From: Octopus sinensis | Lineage: Eukaryota | DNA length: 64,000 nucleotides | Assembly: GCF_006345805.1 (NCBI RefSeq) | Contig: NC_043003.1 | Location: forward strand, 69,688,001 to 69,752,000 | Reading direction: 5' to 3' | In this document: positions 40,315 to 52,420 of the stretch, in pieces | How the letters are laid out: every line of letters begins with the position of its first letter | Numbering within the stretch: position 1 is the first letter of the stretch | The notes under the pieces: model-generated | What the model saw: the letters and a program-made list of their open reading frames with translations, nothing else | Databases searched by the model: none | Told to the model about the DNA's origin: nothing | Made by a program: the position numbers and the translations under genes

Positions 40315-40596
40315 AAGGTGTAGCTGTGTGGTAAGAGGTTTTCTTCCCAACCTCATGGTTCTGGGTTCAGTCCTACTGCATGGCACTTTGGGTAAGTGTC
40401 TTCTACTACAGCCTCGGGCTGACCAAAGTCTTGTGAGTGGATTTGGTAGATGGAAACTGAAAGAAGCCCATCGTATATATCTATGTGTGTGCACATTTGT
40501 GTTTGTCCCTCACCATTGTTTGACAACCTGTGTTGGTTCGTTTACATCCCCATAACTTAGTGGTTTGGTAAAAAGTGACTGATAGAATAAATACTG
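40315..40596 (+). mobile_element. SINE A
   Basis: Colinear with the family A reference copy. Confidence 0.75.
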
Positions 40597-40805
40597 GTAG
40601 TGGTGGACTGGCCAGATTGCCAGCTTGCCTGATGGCAAGTGGGCCCCTGCACCATTAGAATCCATATATGGGGGCCCATCCCCTCAAGTTTGATAAATTT
40701 TTATTCACTCCTGGAAGAATGCATTAATTATTTCCGCCAGGCTGTGTTTGTAGACAGTTGAAAAGAATACTTTTAACAAAAAAAAAAGAAAATTAAATGA
40801 TAGCA

Positions 40806-41037
40806 TTGTAGTTGTGGGTGAGCCCCCTTGTAGTTACAGGTGGGTCTCCTTGTAGTTGAGGGTGGGCCCCCTTGTAGTTAAGGGTGGGCTCCCTTGTAGT
40901 TGTGGGTGGGCCCCCATGTAGTTGCAGGTAGGTCCCCTTGTAGTCGAGGCTGGGCTCCCTTGTAGTTGTGGGTGGGCCCCCTTGTAGTTGCGGGTGGGCC
41001 TTCTTGTAGTCGCGGGTGGGCTCCCTTATAGTTGTAG
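40806..41037 (+). repeat. 22-bp minisatellite, about 10 copies
   Basis: TTGTAGTTGTGGGTGGGCCCCC; period confirmed at 40807, 40829, 40851. Confidence 0.9.
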
Positions 41038-41170
41038 ATGAGAACCCAGGTTCAAAATTTCCCCAAGACACCTGATGAAGGCTGGAGGGTATATCAACCG
41101 AAACGTTGTGTTAACAATAAACAAGATGAGGACAAATATCCGTCAAATGTAAATAATGTAAATAATGCAA
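41038..41170 (+). mobile_element. 5'-truncated copy of the hammerhead-tail SINE
   Basis: Colinear with 45000-45120; same tail. Confidence 0.75.
41067..41112 (+). ncRNA. Minimal type I hammerhead ribozyme-like motif (best copy in window)
   Basis: GACAC/GTGTT stem I, CTGATGA core, GGCTG/CAACC stem II (one mismatch), GAAAC, palindromic AACGTT stem III, GUU triplet. Confidence 0.55.
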
Positions 41171-41257
41171 ATAATGAATAAGTGATATTTTAAAAAAGAA
41201 CATTCAAATTTATAGAGAAATTACAAGTATAACAGGCATGCATATATATATATTCCT

Positions 41258-41450
41258 TTACTCCTTTATTTGTTTCAGTCATTTGACTGTGGCCATGCTG
41301 GAGCACCGCCTTTAGTCGAACAAATTGACTCCAGGACTTATTCTTTGTAAGCCTAGTACTTATTCTATCATTCTCCTTTGCAGAATTGCTAGGTTACGGG
41401 GATGTAAACACACCAGCATCAGTTGTCAAACGATGTTGAGGGGACAAACT

Positions 41451-41494
<44 letters not shown>

Positions 41495-41640
41495 CAATGG
41501 GCTTCTTTCAGCTTCCGTCTACCATTTCCACTCACAAAGCTTTGGTTAGCCTGATGCTATATCAGAAGACAATTGCCCAAAGTGCCACACAGTGGGACTG
41601 AACCCGGAACCATGTGGTTGGTAAGCAAGCTACTTATTAC
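41258..41640 (-). mobile_element. SINE A, full length
   Basis: Colinear with the family A reference copy. Confidence 0.8.
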
Positions 41641-42219
41641 ACATCATCATCATTTAACATTCGTTTTCCATGCTGGTATGGGTTGGACAGTTTGACCGAA
41701 AACTGGTCAGCTGGAGAGCTGCGCCAGGTTCTAATCTGTTTTGGCATAGTTTCTACTACTGGATACCCTTCCTAATACCAACCATTCAAAAGGTGTAGTG
41801 GGTGCATTTTACATGCCACCAGCAGGGGTACAAGTTATGAAACACCAGCATCAGCTATAACTACGATCTCACATGGCTTGACAGGTCTTCTCAAGCACGG
41901 TATAATAAGTCCTGGGGTCAATTTGCTTGAGTAAAGGTGGTGCTCAAGCATGGCTGCAGTCCAATGACTGAAACAAGTAAAAGAGTATATGTGTGTGTGT
42001 GTGTGTGTATGTATAATATATGGATCCTCTCTCTCTTTTAGTTAGACACAGAATATGTCAGGAATGAGGTAATTGTAGGTTGTAACTTCCAGGTTTTATC
42101 TGGGAGGTTGCATTTAGTGGTGTTAAGTTCAGTAAGATTGTATCAACCAAGAATCTAGACTTCATCACAATTCTGACTCATTGGTCGTACTCTGTAGTTT
42201 TGTTTTGTTTTTTATTTAT

Positions 42220-42660
42220 TTATTTATTTAGTATCACTCTAACAGATAGAAAAGAAAAATCAGAGAATATGAGAAAAAGAAGGAGTGACAAGGAGAGAGG
42301 GAGAGAGAGAAAGAAACAAAGAAAGACAGACAAACAGTGAGGAAGAAGGGGAGAGGGAGAAGAAAGGATATATAAAGAAAGAGATAAAGAGAGAGATTGA
42401 TAAGAGGAGAGAGAGAGAGAATAGAGAGAAGAAAGAAAGAAAAAGAGACAACAGACAATGAGAAAAAAATGAGAGAGAGATAAAGGAGACAGAGAGAAAG
42501 AGAAAAAAATAGACAGAATGACAGTAAGAAAGGAGAAAGAGGAGAAAGAAAGAGGGAGAGTGAGAATGATAGAGAGAGAGAGCAAGGAAAGAAAGAAAAT
42601 AAGAGAAATGGAGAGGAAGAAGAAAAAGAAGAGAGAGAGAGAGAGAAATGATGTGACTAA
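42220..42660 (+). repeat. Polypurine (GA-rich) tract
   Basis: Direct reading. Confidence 0.85.
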
Positions 42661-42769
42661 AGAGAAACATTGTAAGTGGCCTTCAAGTAATATATTAAAT
42701 TTCTTAAAGAGAGAATGGTAAACGTCGATGCCAAATGGCTACTGTACTTAAATTTTCAACATCCTTTTA

Positions 42770-43105
42770 TTAGAGGTGGGTGGAAGGATACGAGACTTGT
42801 GTGTAGATGATGTCTGATGTACTCTTACATGATTCCATGATGACCAAAGTTTCACTGGAACTGTAGATGTGGCTGATAACATAGAAATCAATATCTCCAT
42901 TTGTACTTCTAGCAGAAGACCGGGTGATTTCCTTTCGGCTTTTGACACTCCTGTCCTTGTCCTGTTCAAATGACAACTTCTGATGACGAAACTATATAAA
43001 TAACACCCCTGTTCTGGTTGCTGCTTAGCCCCAGGTCGTCCTTGTATGAGCAGGCTTTTGATCAAGGTCCTTCCAGCTATGATATTTCCATCCTCTGTCT
43101 CCAGA
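42770..43105 (-). mobile_element. Possible RTE LINE 5'/endonuclease-start fragment
   Basis: Weak similarity across frames (LNR..G, DIDF..SH.Y..SE); no splice acceptor. Confidence 0.35.
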
Positions 43106-44340
43106 TCTACATAATCCAGTGTTCCCTCCTCCTCCTCCTCCTCCTCCTTCTTTTTCTTCTTCTTCTTCTTCTTCTTCTTCTTCTCTGTCATTGCCGTTGT
43201 TGTCATCATCATCACCATCATCATTGTCATCACCATCACCATCACCATTATCATCGTCATTTATCACCACCACCACCACCACCACCACCACCATCATCAT
43301 CATCATTTAATATCCACTTTTCCATGCTTGCAAAGGTGAGAAAGAACTTGTTGAGTCAGATTTTCTACAGCTGGACATCCTTCCTGTCATTAACACTTAC
43401 CTGTTTCTAAGCAAAGTAATATTTCAACCTAGTCAGACATGTTTTTCATGGAAAACTGGAAATGAACAACCTCGCTTGTATAACAATGAGGCTCATTTAC
43501 AACCATCATATGATGTCTGGACAAAGGTACACACACGGACACATACTATACACAAACACATACACACACACACATACATGTACACACACACATATACACA
43601 TACGTCAGTGTCCCATGACTGACTCCTATGCCAGTGACATGTAAAAAGCACCATCTGAACGTGGTCGATGCCAATGCCCCGACTGGCTCCCGTGTTGGTG
43701 GCATGTAAAAAGCACCCACTACATTCTCAGAGTGGTTGGCATTAGGAAGGGCATCCAGCTGTAGAAACCCTGTCAGATCAGATTGGAGCCTGGTGCAGCC
43801 TACTGGCTCTCCAGACCTCAGTCAAACCATCCAACCCATGCCAGCATGGAAAATGGATGTTAAACGATGATGAAGATGATGATGATTAAACGATGATGAT
43901 GATTAAACGATGATGATGATTAAACGATGATGATGATGGTGATGATGACATCAATATACACATGCATACACACAAGTAGAATAATAAATGAAATAAGGAA
44001 AGCTTCTAACCATACAGACATGAAAGTTGAAAACACCTTTACCTATTTCAGGTGCAAAAACCCGTCTTCAGAAGAATACAGGTGCTTTCAACATGGTACC
44101 AACATTGGTTCTTTCTATGTGGTGCCAACACAGGTGCTTTTTATTTCATTATGTATATTAAGGTATACATGAATATGGGTTATTATGTGTGTCAAAGTAT
44201 ATATGTTATTGAATATAATTTGTAAACATAAATCCATTGATAGGATGAGGAGGGTATGAAATGAGAGTAGGGGTGGATGATGTTTTTAAATTTGACAATA
44301 AACTGTTTGTGCTACAAATGAAGAACAGGATAAAGAACAC

Positions 44341-44769
44341 ACAGTTCTATATTTAAGAGATGAGGAATTATGTACATTATTTACATTTGACGGATATTTG
44401 TCCTCATCAATTTTGTTGTTAACACGTTTCGGCTGATATACCCTCCAGCCTTCATCAGGTATCTTGGGGAAATTTCGAACTTGGGTTCTCATTTCTAAGG
44501 TATTTTTTTATGTTGTTATTATTATTATTATTATTAGGTTGTCCCAAAAGTTCGTAAACACTTGCGAAAATTGAATTTTTACTCGCCAAGTACTAACAAA
44601 AACAACAAAAATTATTCCTCAAAATAAAGACCATTATTTTCCAAGACTTTCTACGAACTTTTGGGACAACCTTATATTATTATTAATATTATTATTATTC
44701 AGGTGACTGCCTGAAATTGAACTAGGAATCTTGGGGTTAGTAGCCTGCGTTCTTAACCACTACACCATG
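44341..44769 (-). mobile_element. SINE-like element: tRNA-like head + (AAT)n + hammerhead-motif tail, interrupted by a mariner MITE
   Basis: A box TGGTGTAGTGG 44767-44757, CT-ACT-AA loop, B-box-like AGTTCAATTTC; tail GATAC-CTGATGA-A-GGCTG..CAGCC-GAAAC-GTGTT at 44463-44421. Confidence 0.75.
44534..44674. mobile_element. mariner-type MITE (141 bp)
   Basis: Perfect 21-bp TIR AGGTTGTCCCAAAAGTTCGTA (44536-44556 / 44652-44672), TA flanks. Confidence 0.85.
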
Positions 44770-44857
44770 TGTGTGTATATGCATGTGTGTATGTGCATGT
44801 GTGCATGCATGTGTGTGAGTGTGCATATATGTAAAGAACACAAATGGGGCTCGTGGG

Positions 44858-44930
44858 CATATGGTGTAGTGGCTAAAAGCACGGGCTACTAACCCCAAGA
44901 TTCCAAGTTCCATTCCAGGCAATGACCTGA

Positions 44931-44974
<44 letters not shown>

Positions 44975-45123
44975 AACAGCATTGAAAAATACCTTAGGAA
45001 CGAGAACCCAGGTTCAAAATTTCCCCAAGACACCTGAGGAAGGTTGGAGGGTATATCAGCCGTAACGTTATGTTAACAATAAACAAGATGAGAACAAATA
45101 TCCGTCAATTATAAATAATGTAG
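44858..45123 (+). mobile_element. Second copy of the tRNA-head/hammerhead-tail SINE
   Basis: A box 44862-44872, B-box-like AGTTCCATTCC, (GAT)n, then GACAC-CTGAGGA-A-GGTTG..CAGCC-GTAAC-GTT at 45029-45069. Confidence 0.75.
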
Positions 45124-45695
45124 GATAAAGAAGAATCAATAGAATGGAACCACTGAATTCTTAATGATGGATTATGGCTGGATTTATAGATAAGAAATTG
45201 CTGGCAATTCACTGAAGCTGACTAAAGCTGATCGAGCTGAGAGTGATATCAAGGAAACTGTTGTTAAAACAGCAGAGTAAGTCTATGCCCAGTCATGTAT
45301 GCCTCGAAAATGTAAATATAGATGCACAAATATATATACAAATACACAAACACACACAGTATGTGTATATATGTGTGTGAGTGTATAGGTTTGCATATTT
45401 TGTGAGTGTGTGTATATATATGCATACATGTGTATGTACGTGTGCATGTGCATGCTTGTATATATATAAATAGATACGTATATGTGTGTGTGTATCATCA
45501 TCATTATCGTTTAACGTCTGCCTTCCATGCTGGTATGGGTTTGTGTGTGTGTATATATATATATATATAAATATGTTATGTGTGTGCATATGTATATATA
45601 TATATCATGATCATTCAACATCTGCCTTCAATGACGACATGGATATATATATTACTATATTGTAGGAATGAATGTGTGCATGTATGCATGTGTAA

Positions 45696-45756
<61 letters not shown>

Positions 45757-46634
45757 TTACACATGCATACATGCACACACACATATATATATATATATAT
45801 TATATATATATATACATACATACACACACACATACATATAGAGACAGATAGATAGAGACAGACAGACACAGAGAAAGATATACACAGACATAAATGCATG
45901 TGCCTGCATGTATATTATCTACCAACCTATCTACATACATACACACAGAGAGACTTACCAACCTACCTACCTTCATACATACATACATACATACATACAT
46001 ACATACTTACATACATACACACACATATATACATACACATACATACATATGAAAAATTAGAACATATACACCCATTGTTTGCTTGTAATAATGAGATAGG
46101 AGTGTACAAACAGCCAACACATGTTTTTTTAAAAAGGCACAGATATAACAGATAAATTGATAAATGCTCAAAAATTTCAAGTAAATCACAGCAATGAATC
46201 AAATGTACATGCTTGAGTGATCTCCAGAGAAATCTGAAGATCACTCAAGCAAGAACATTTGTGTCAGATTGAATCGCTGTATATCACGTTGTTGAGCACA
46301 AATACACGCATATATAAACATTTACAATTATTCTTGTAAGCACAGGCATTGATTGTGGATGATTATCAATGTTAATATATGTTAATATACATTAAGATAT
46401 GCATATTTTAGTAAATCCAAAATAAACAAAATACAGGTGTATCAAATATCATACAACATAAATTTATGATTTATTAAAATTGTCTCTGCCTTTTAGAGGA
46501 TGTTACTGTAATTATCAAATGGCAATTACGATCAGTTGCACTTGATTTGGGAGATAATATTAAGAAACTAGAGTTTCACCTTTTTGATACTAATCTGTCC
46601 AAGATTGCTTGTTGTACATGTGATGTGTGTGTTG

Positions 46635-46665
<31 letters not shown>

Positions 46666-46870
46666 AGAGAGTATGTGTGTGCGTGCATGTCTGTGTGTGT
46701 AAGTGTGTGCATGTGTTTACATCTGGGCACTCTTTGCATATAAACAAACACTGACCCCACAAGTGGTGAAGTTTGCTATAAACCAATTCCCCAGTAATGT
46801 ATATTTGTCTAACACAAGCTAGAATGGAAAAACATATAAAAATGAATGAAACGAATGAAAATTTACAAAC

Positions 46871-46978
46871 CTTACAAACCCTCCATATTTGTGAATCAGA
46901 AGGCCATAGCTCTTTGTCAGATCTTGGCAACTTGTAGTTTATAACAACCTCAGGATAAAGGATTTGGTCATTTTTGTT
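46871..46978 (-). CDS. DCDC1: DCDC1-like exon c (108 nt, phase 0 to 0): NKNDQILYPEVVINYKLPRSDKELWPSDSQIWRVCK
   Basis: Acceptor tttctattttcag; donor GTTTGT chosen because it restores QxWxxxxxG spacing with the next exon. Confidence 0.78.
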
Positions 46979-47074
46979 CTGAAAATAGAAACGCAAGAAC
47001 TGTTTTGGAAAAATAAATTTAAATACCAGCACAGATAAAGCAAGAAAGATATTTTATACGAGTGAACTAGACGC

Positions 47075-47231
47075 AGGTGTGGCTGTGTGGTAAGAAGCTT
47101 GCTACCCAACCACATGGTTCCGGGTTCAGTCCCACTGTATGACACCTTGGGCAAGTTTCTTCTACTATAGCTTCAGGCTGACCAAAACCTTGTGAGTGGA
47201 TTTGGTAGACAGAAACTGAAAGAAGCCCATC

Positions 47232-47303
<72 letters not shown>

Positions 47304-47840
47304 TCATCATCATCATCATCATCGTTTAAAATTCACTATCCCCTGCCCCGACTGGCTCCTGTGCTGGTGGCATGTAAGAAGCACCATCCAAACGTGGCCA
47401 ATGCAAGTGCTGCCTGATTGGCCCTTGTGCCTGTGGCACATAAAAAGCACCCACTACACTGTTGGTGTGATTGGCTTTAGGAAAGGCATCCAGCTGTAGA
47501 AAACACTACCAGATCAGATTGGAGCCTGGTGCAGCCTCCTGGCTTGCCAGTCCCCCAGTCAAAACTTCCAACCCATGCCAGCATAGAAAGCAGACGTTAA
47601 ACGAAAATGATGATGATGATGATGTATATATGCATATGTTTGTGTTTCTGTGTTGTCCTCCCACCATTGCTTGAAAACCGATGTTGGTGTGTTTACATCC
47701 CCAAAGTTTTGCAGTTAGGCAAAAAAGACTGATAGAATAAGTACTAGGCTTACAAAGAATAAGGCCTGGGGGCCAATTCGTTCGACTGAAGTGGTGTTGT
47801 AGCATGGCTGCAGTCAAATGACTGAAACAAGTAAAAACAT
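47075..47840 (+). mobile_element. SINE A split by a family C tail (47340-47625)
   Basis: Head 47075-47235, body 47630-47840. Confidence 0.75.
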
Positions 47841-47919
47841 ACCAGTAATATATTGGGTTATATCTCACATATGATTCTTTTATTTTGGTGAATTTTTCTC
47901 TTTTAATCATTTATCTTTT

Positions 47920-48300
47920 ATTCTTTACTTGTTTTAGTCACTGGGTTGTGGCCATGCTGGAGCAACATCTTGAAGGGTTTTAGTTGATCAAATCACCCCA
48001 ACCCCACCGCCAGTAGTTATTTTTTTTAATATCTAAGTTTGGTAGATATTTTATTGAACTCTTTTGCCAAGCCACTAAATTATCGGAATGCAAAGAAACC
48101 AACACCAGTTGTCAATCCTTGGGATGGGAAGGTGGATAAACGTACACACACATATACACACATACATACGCAATAGGTTTCCATACAGCCACTGCCTGCA
48201 AAATCCATTCACAAGGTTTTGGTTACCCCAGGGCTATAGTAGAAAACACTTGCTCAAGGTGCTGTGCAGTAGGACTGCACCAGAAACCTTACAGTCATAA
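47920..48300 (-). mobile_element. SINE A, diverged
   Basis: Colinear with the family A reference copy. Confidence 0.65.
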
Positions 48301-48559
48301 AGCAAGTCCCAGGACACGGTACTTAAATCTAAATTCTTCAGATCTCCGAGACAAAGCAAACTTACATCAGAGATTGTGTAGGATGTTCCTTACAATAGAC
48401 AAATGAATTCTTCAGGAACAACCAGATTTATTTATCTCTTTCTGTTATCATGGAATTTGTGAACAATGGCGTCAAGAATGAGTGATTTTCAATGGAGCAG
48501 TCAATGGTTCAGTGAATTTCAGACAGAGAGGAAGAGAAGACTGGATCAGTCCCTTGGTT

Positions 48560-49030
48560 TCATCATCGTCGTCATCGTTTAACGTCTGTTTTCTATGCTG
48601 GCATGGGTTGGACAGTTTAACTAAAGGATGGCAAGCCAGAAGACTGCACCAGGCTCCAATCTGATCTGGCAAGGTTTCTACAGCTGGATGCCCTTCCTAA
48701 GGCCAACCACTCTGAGAGTGTAGTGGGTGTTTTTTACATGTCACCAGCACAGGGGCTAGTCAGGCAGTAATGGCATCGACCATGCTTGAGTGGTGCTTTT
48801 TACATGCCACCAGCACAGAGTCAGTCAGGCAATACTGGCATTGATCATACCTAAGTGGTGCTTTTTATGTGCCACTGATATAGGAGCCAGTCAGGCAGCA
48901 CTGGCAACGACCACGCTCAAATGGTGCTTTTTATGTTCCACTGGCACAGGAGCCAGTCAGGTGGCACTGGCAATGACCACGCTCAAATGGTGCTTTTTAC
49001 GTGCCACTGGCACAGAAGCCAATCAAGCAG
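48560..49030 (-). mobile_element. Family C fragment with about five ~60-bp internal subrepeats (further copies near 10020, 10420, 12715, 30920, 33060, 41643, 43610, 60695, 61290, 63745)
   Basis: Repeated GGCAnTGGCAAnGACCACGCTCAAATGGTGCTTTT units. Confidence 0.75.
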
Positions 49031-49308
49031 TCTGTTGTTTTTCTTTTATCTTTTAGTTAGTCATTGGATTGTGGCTATGCAGGAGCACTGCCCTGAAGAT
49101 GTTTACTTGAATAAACCAACCCCAGTACTTATTCTGTAGGTCACTTTTGCTGAACTGCTAAGTTTTGGAAACATAATCAAACCAACACCAGTTGTCAGGT
49201 GGTAGTGGTGGGTGGAGACACACACAAAGACAACATACATACATAGATAGATACATACATACACACTAATTGAAGAGATGGCCTTCTTCTGTAAAGAAGC
49301 AATAATCA

Positions 49309-49370
<62 letters not shown>

Positions 49371-49600
49371 CAAGTTTTCATACAGTTTCTATGAACCAAA
49401 TTCCATTCACAAGAAAATTGGTCAAGCTGATGCTTTTGCAGGCCAAGTTACGATACGCTTGTGATTTGTGAAGTAAACTTCTTAAGAAAGCAGCCAAGCC
49501 TGCAGCCCTCTTTATTCACCTTTTGTTACAGAATTCTGAAAGAAAATCACAAATAAATGAAATATTACAGTCAATGGAAATATTTGCCATCACAACCAAC

Positions 49601-49721
49601 CTTATGTTGCAGAAAATGCCATTCTTTCTCAAGTTCATTTCTCTCTAAATCTTCGACTGGAAGAAGGAATTCTGATGAGTCATTCACTGGGAAATTGTCG
49701 ACAGCCAGCCATTGAGACGCT
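49601..49721 (-). CDS. DCDC1: DCDC1-like exon b (121 nt, phase 2 to 0): ASQWLAVDNFPVNDSSEFLLPVEDLERNELEKEWHFLQHK
   Basis: Acceptor ttttctatatttgcag, donor GTTGGT; W..FP.N..HFLQxK motif. Confidence 0.82.
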
Positions 49722-49819
49722 CTGCAAATATAGAAAACAGGAAAACGATAATTATCTGAGAGAATCTCAATCAGAAACAAAACAATATCGAGTAGTAGAT
49801 TATATTTATAGGTGTAAGC

Positions 49820-50180
49820 ATACTTCCCAATCACATAGTTACAGGTTCAGTCCCATTGCATGGCACCTTGGGCAGATGTCTTCTACTATACTCCAAGGCT
49901 GATCAAAGCTTTGTGAATGGATTTGTTAGATGGAAACTGAAAGAAGCCCATCATGCACGTCTGTGCGTGTGTCATTGTGTCTGTGTCACTGCCTGACAAC
50001 CAGTGTTGGTGTGTTTACGTCCCTATAACTTAGCAGTTCAGCAAAAGTGACTGGTAGAAATAAGTGCCAAACTTTTTAAAAAAATAAGTATAGGGGTCGA
50101 TTCATTCAATTAAAAATTCTTCAAGGTGGTTTTGTGCCCCAGTATGGCCACAGTCTATGACTGAAACAAGTAAAAATATA
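49820..50180 (+). mobile_element. SINE A
   Basis: Colinear with the family A reference copy. Confidence 0.75.
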
Positions 50181-51051
50181 AATGATAAAAGGCAAAAGAT
50201 ATAGAATTTGTGATGAGTGAGAGAGAAAATCTAAATTAAATATATTTCATCCATTTTGTTCTTTAGTCTTTGAGTGAAAATTGAAACTTCTAATCCCACC
50301 AAAATTTATCTAGAAATGATTATCTCCCTTGTTGGCCACCAGGGTTCACTACATGTCTGAAATATCAAATATATGAGATTATTTAAAATGGATTCCTTCC
50401 GCCTCTTTGGATGTCAAAGAGACAACATTATAGATATGAATATCAGCCATGGCTGCTCTCGTCTCTGCCAATTCACTCCATTTCATTGCAAAGAATATGG
50501 CCAAAAGGTTAGCATTTACAGAAGAAAATCTGCTGCCTTTTTGCTGACAGCAATTCTAATTGCCAACAATTAGGAGAGGAATTCATAATGATCTCAGTTC
50601 CTACATTGAAGGCCACAACAAGAGGAAGCACTGTAAATCTGCAACAAATGTCAATAAGTTCTTCACTGTGAAGCAGATGATGATGATGATGATGATCTAC
50701 AGGTCAGAACATAATATCCATCTTCTTCACAATGATTCTTATTGTATCACCTCCCGTCACACAGCAGTCAATATCTTTTGTAGTGAGGCCTTATTCCATT
50801 ATGATATTATTGTATCCGTATTTTTATTCTCTTATTCCCTTTTTTCTTCTAAAGGGCTATTTTTTTTCATGTATGCATATAGTAATCAGCACTGTCATTG
50901 TCACCACCACCACCACCACCATCATTCAACATCCATGTTGCATGTAAATACACTATGTTCATAGAACATGTTTATGACCCTCCATGAATCCTGATACTTT
51001 TTGTGACATCATTATACATAAATATATATTATAGTATAGTATGTAATATAC

Positions 51052-51093
<42 letters not shown>

Positions 51094-51109
51094 ATGTATG
51101 TATATAAGT

Positions 51110-51443
51110 GAAGGTGTATGGTTCAGTGGTTAGAGTGTCGAGCTTACGATTGTGATGTTGTGAGTTCGAATCCCGGACCGGGCTGCATGTTGTGTTCTTG
51201 AGCAAGACACTTTATTTCACGTTGCTCCAGTTCACTCAGCTGTAGAAATGAGTTACAACATCACTGGTGCCAAGATGTATCGGCATTTGCCTTTCCCTTG
51301 GATAACACTGGTGGCATGGAGAGGGGAGGATGGTATGCATGGGCGACTGCTGGTCTTCCATAAACAACCTTGCCTGGTCTTGTGCCTTGGAGGGTAACTT
51401 TCTAGGTGCAATCACAAGGTCAGTCATGACTGAAAGAGGTCTC
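51110..51443 (+). mobile_element. tRNA-derived SINE family E (another copy about 20990-21220, minus)
   Basis: A box TGGTTCAGTGG, B box GAGTTCGAATCC, CTTGAGCAAGACACTTT core. Confidence 0.75.
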
Positions 51444-51889
51444 AGCTCAGTATATATACATATATATATATATACATATATATATCATAAATACATTTGT
51501 ATGCATGCATTTATTTATGTATATATGTATGTATGTACGTATGTATGTATATATGATACATGTCTTCATATAACAGTGACACTTGTGAATGTATTTCACT
51601 GAAAAAATTATATTTTTTCCTCACATCTAAGCAGCAGATGTTTATATTTCTTCTCAAGTCATAAATAACTAACAACTTGCTTTTAACAGACATCTTTGCT
51701 CAACTTCATAAGAAATCATTTTTCAATATTTTTTTGTATATCTTTTGTCTTCTAAATACCATAGTTGGATATAATTCTCGATCAGGCAAATATTCTGTAG
51801 TTTTTTTAAAACAATTCTCCAAGTTTTTTTTTTCATTTTTCTTTTAAACCAAGCTTACAAAGTCAATTGCATAAAAACTAACACAAACT

Positions 51890-52420
51890 TTTGAAAGCAT
51901 GGTAAATTGTGTTAGAAAGAAGCCTAAGATGAAAATATTGCCAGCAAATTAAATACAGGGAGACATCCTAGTTCCTTTTCTCTTTGTGATTGTAATGGTC
52001 TACATCCTTAGACAAAGTCTTCACTCCTATCTAAAACAAAGACCTCATCATCAAGCAGAAATGATCAAGATGTTAGCAGAGCATGTATTTCTCTGACCTT
52101 GCCTATGATAATGGTGGTCACCCAAACAGCTCATCCACCATGTGATGCACAAAACTTGTTAACATCCCTTAAGAAAACTCAAGTCAAAGATGGTGTTTCT
52201 CAATACAAAGAGGACTGAATACATGACCATCAATGAAAAAAAAAAGCCAATTTGCTCCAATGATTGCACACAACTCAAGGTCAGAGATTTCAAGTACCTT
52301 GGGTCCTACATTACTGACAGTAAGAAAAAGTTCCTGATACATAAGGGATTGCCTGTAACAAACTTTAAAACATCTAACAATTAAGTATTTCCAAGTCAAA
52401 TATCTTCAGAACAAGTGTAG
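51890..52420 (+). mobile_element. Degenerate RTE-like reverse transcriptase fragment
   Basis: QGDILVPFLFVIV, DLAYDN (degenerate YADD), KTEYM-like, DFKYLGSYI; frameshifted. Confidence 0.75.

Noticed and set aside
40793-41071. ORF with 22-aa repeats (TTTREP..)
   Set aside because: Arithmetic product of a 22-bp minisatellite (66-bp frame period); no splice context
41100-41150. Alternative monomer hammerhead fold using distal CCGTC as a GUC site
   Set aside because: Bases after that GUC (AAATG) cannot pair with GACAC, so stem I does not close
44858-44930. tRNA genes at SINE heads (also 1091, 51110)
   Set aside because: No acceptor-stem closure; heads run into SINE bodies
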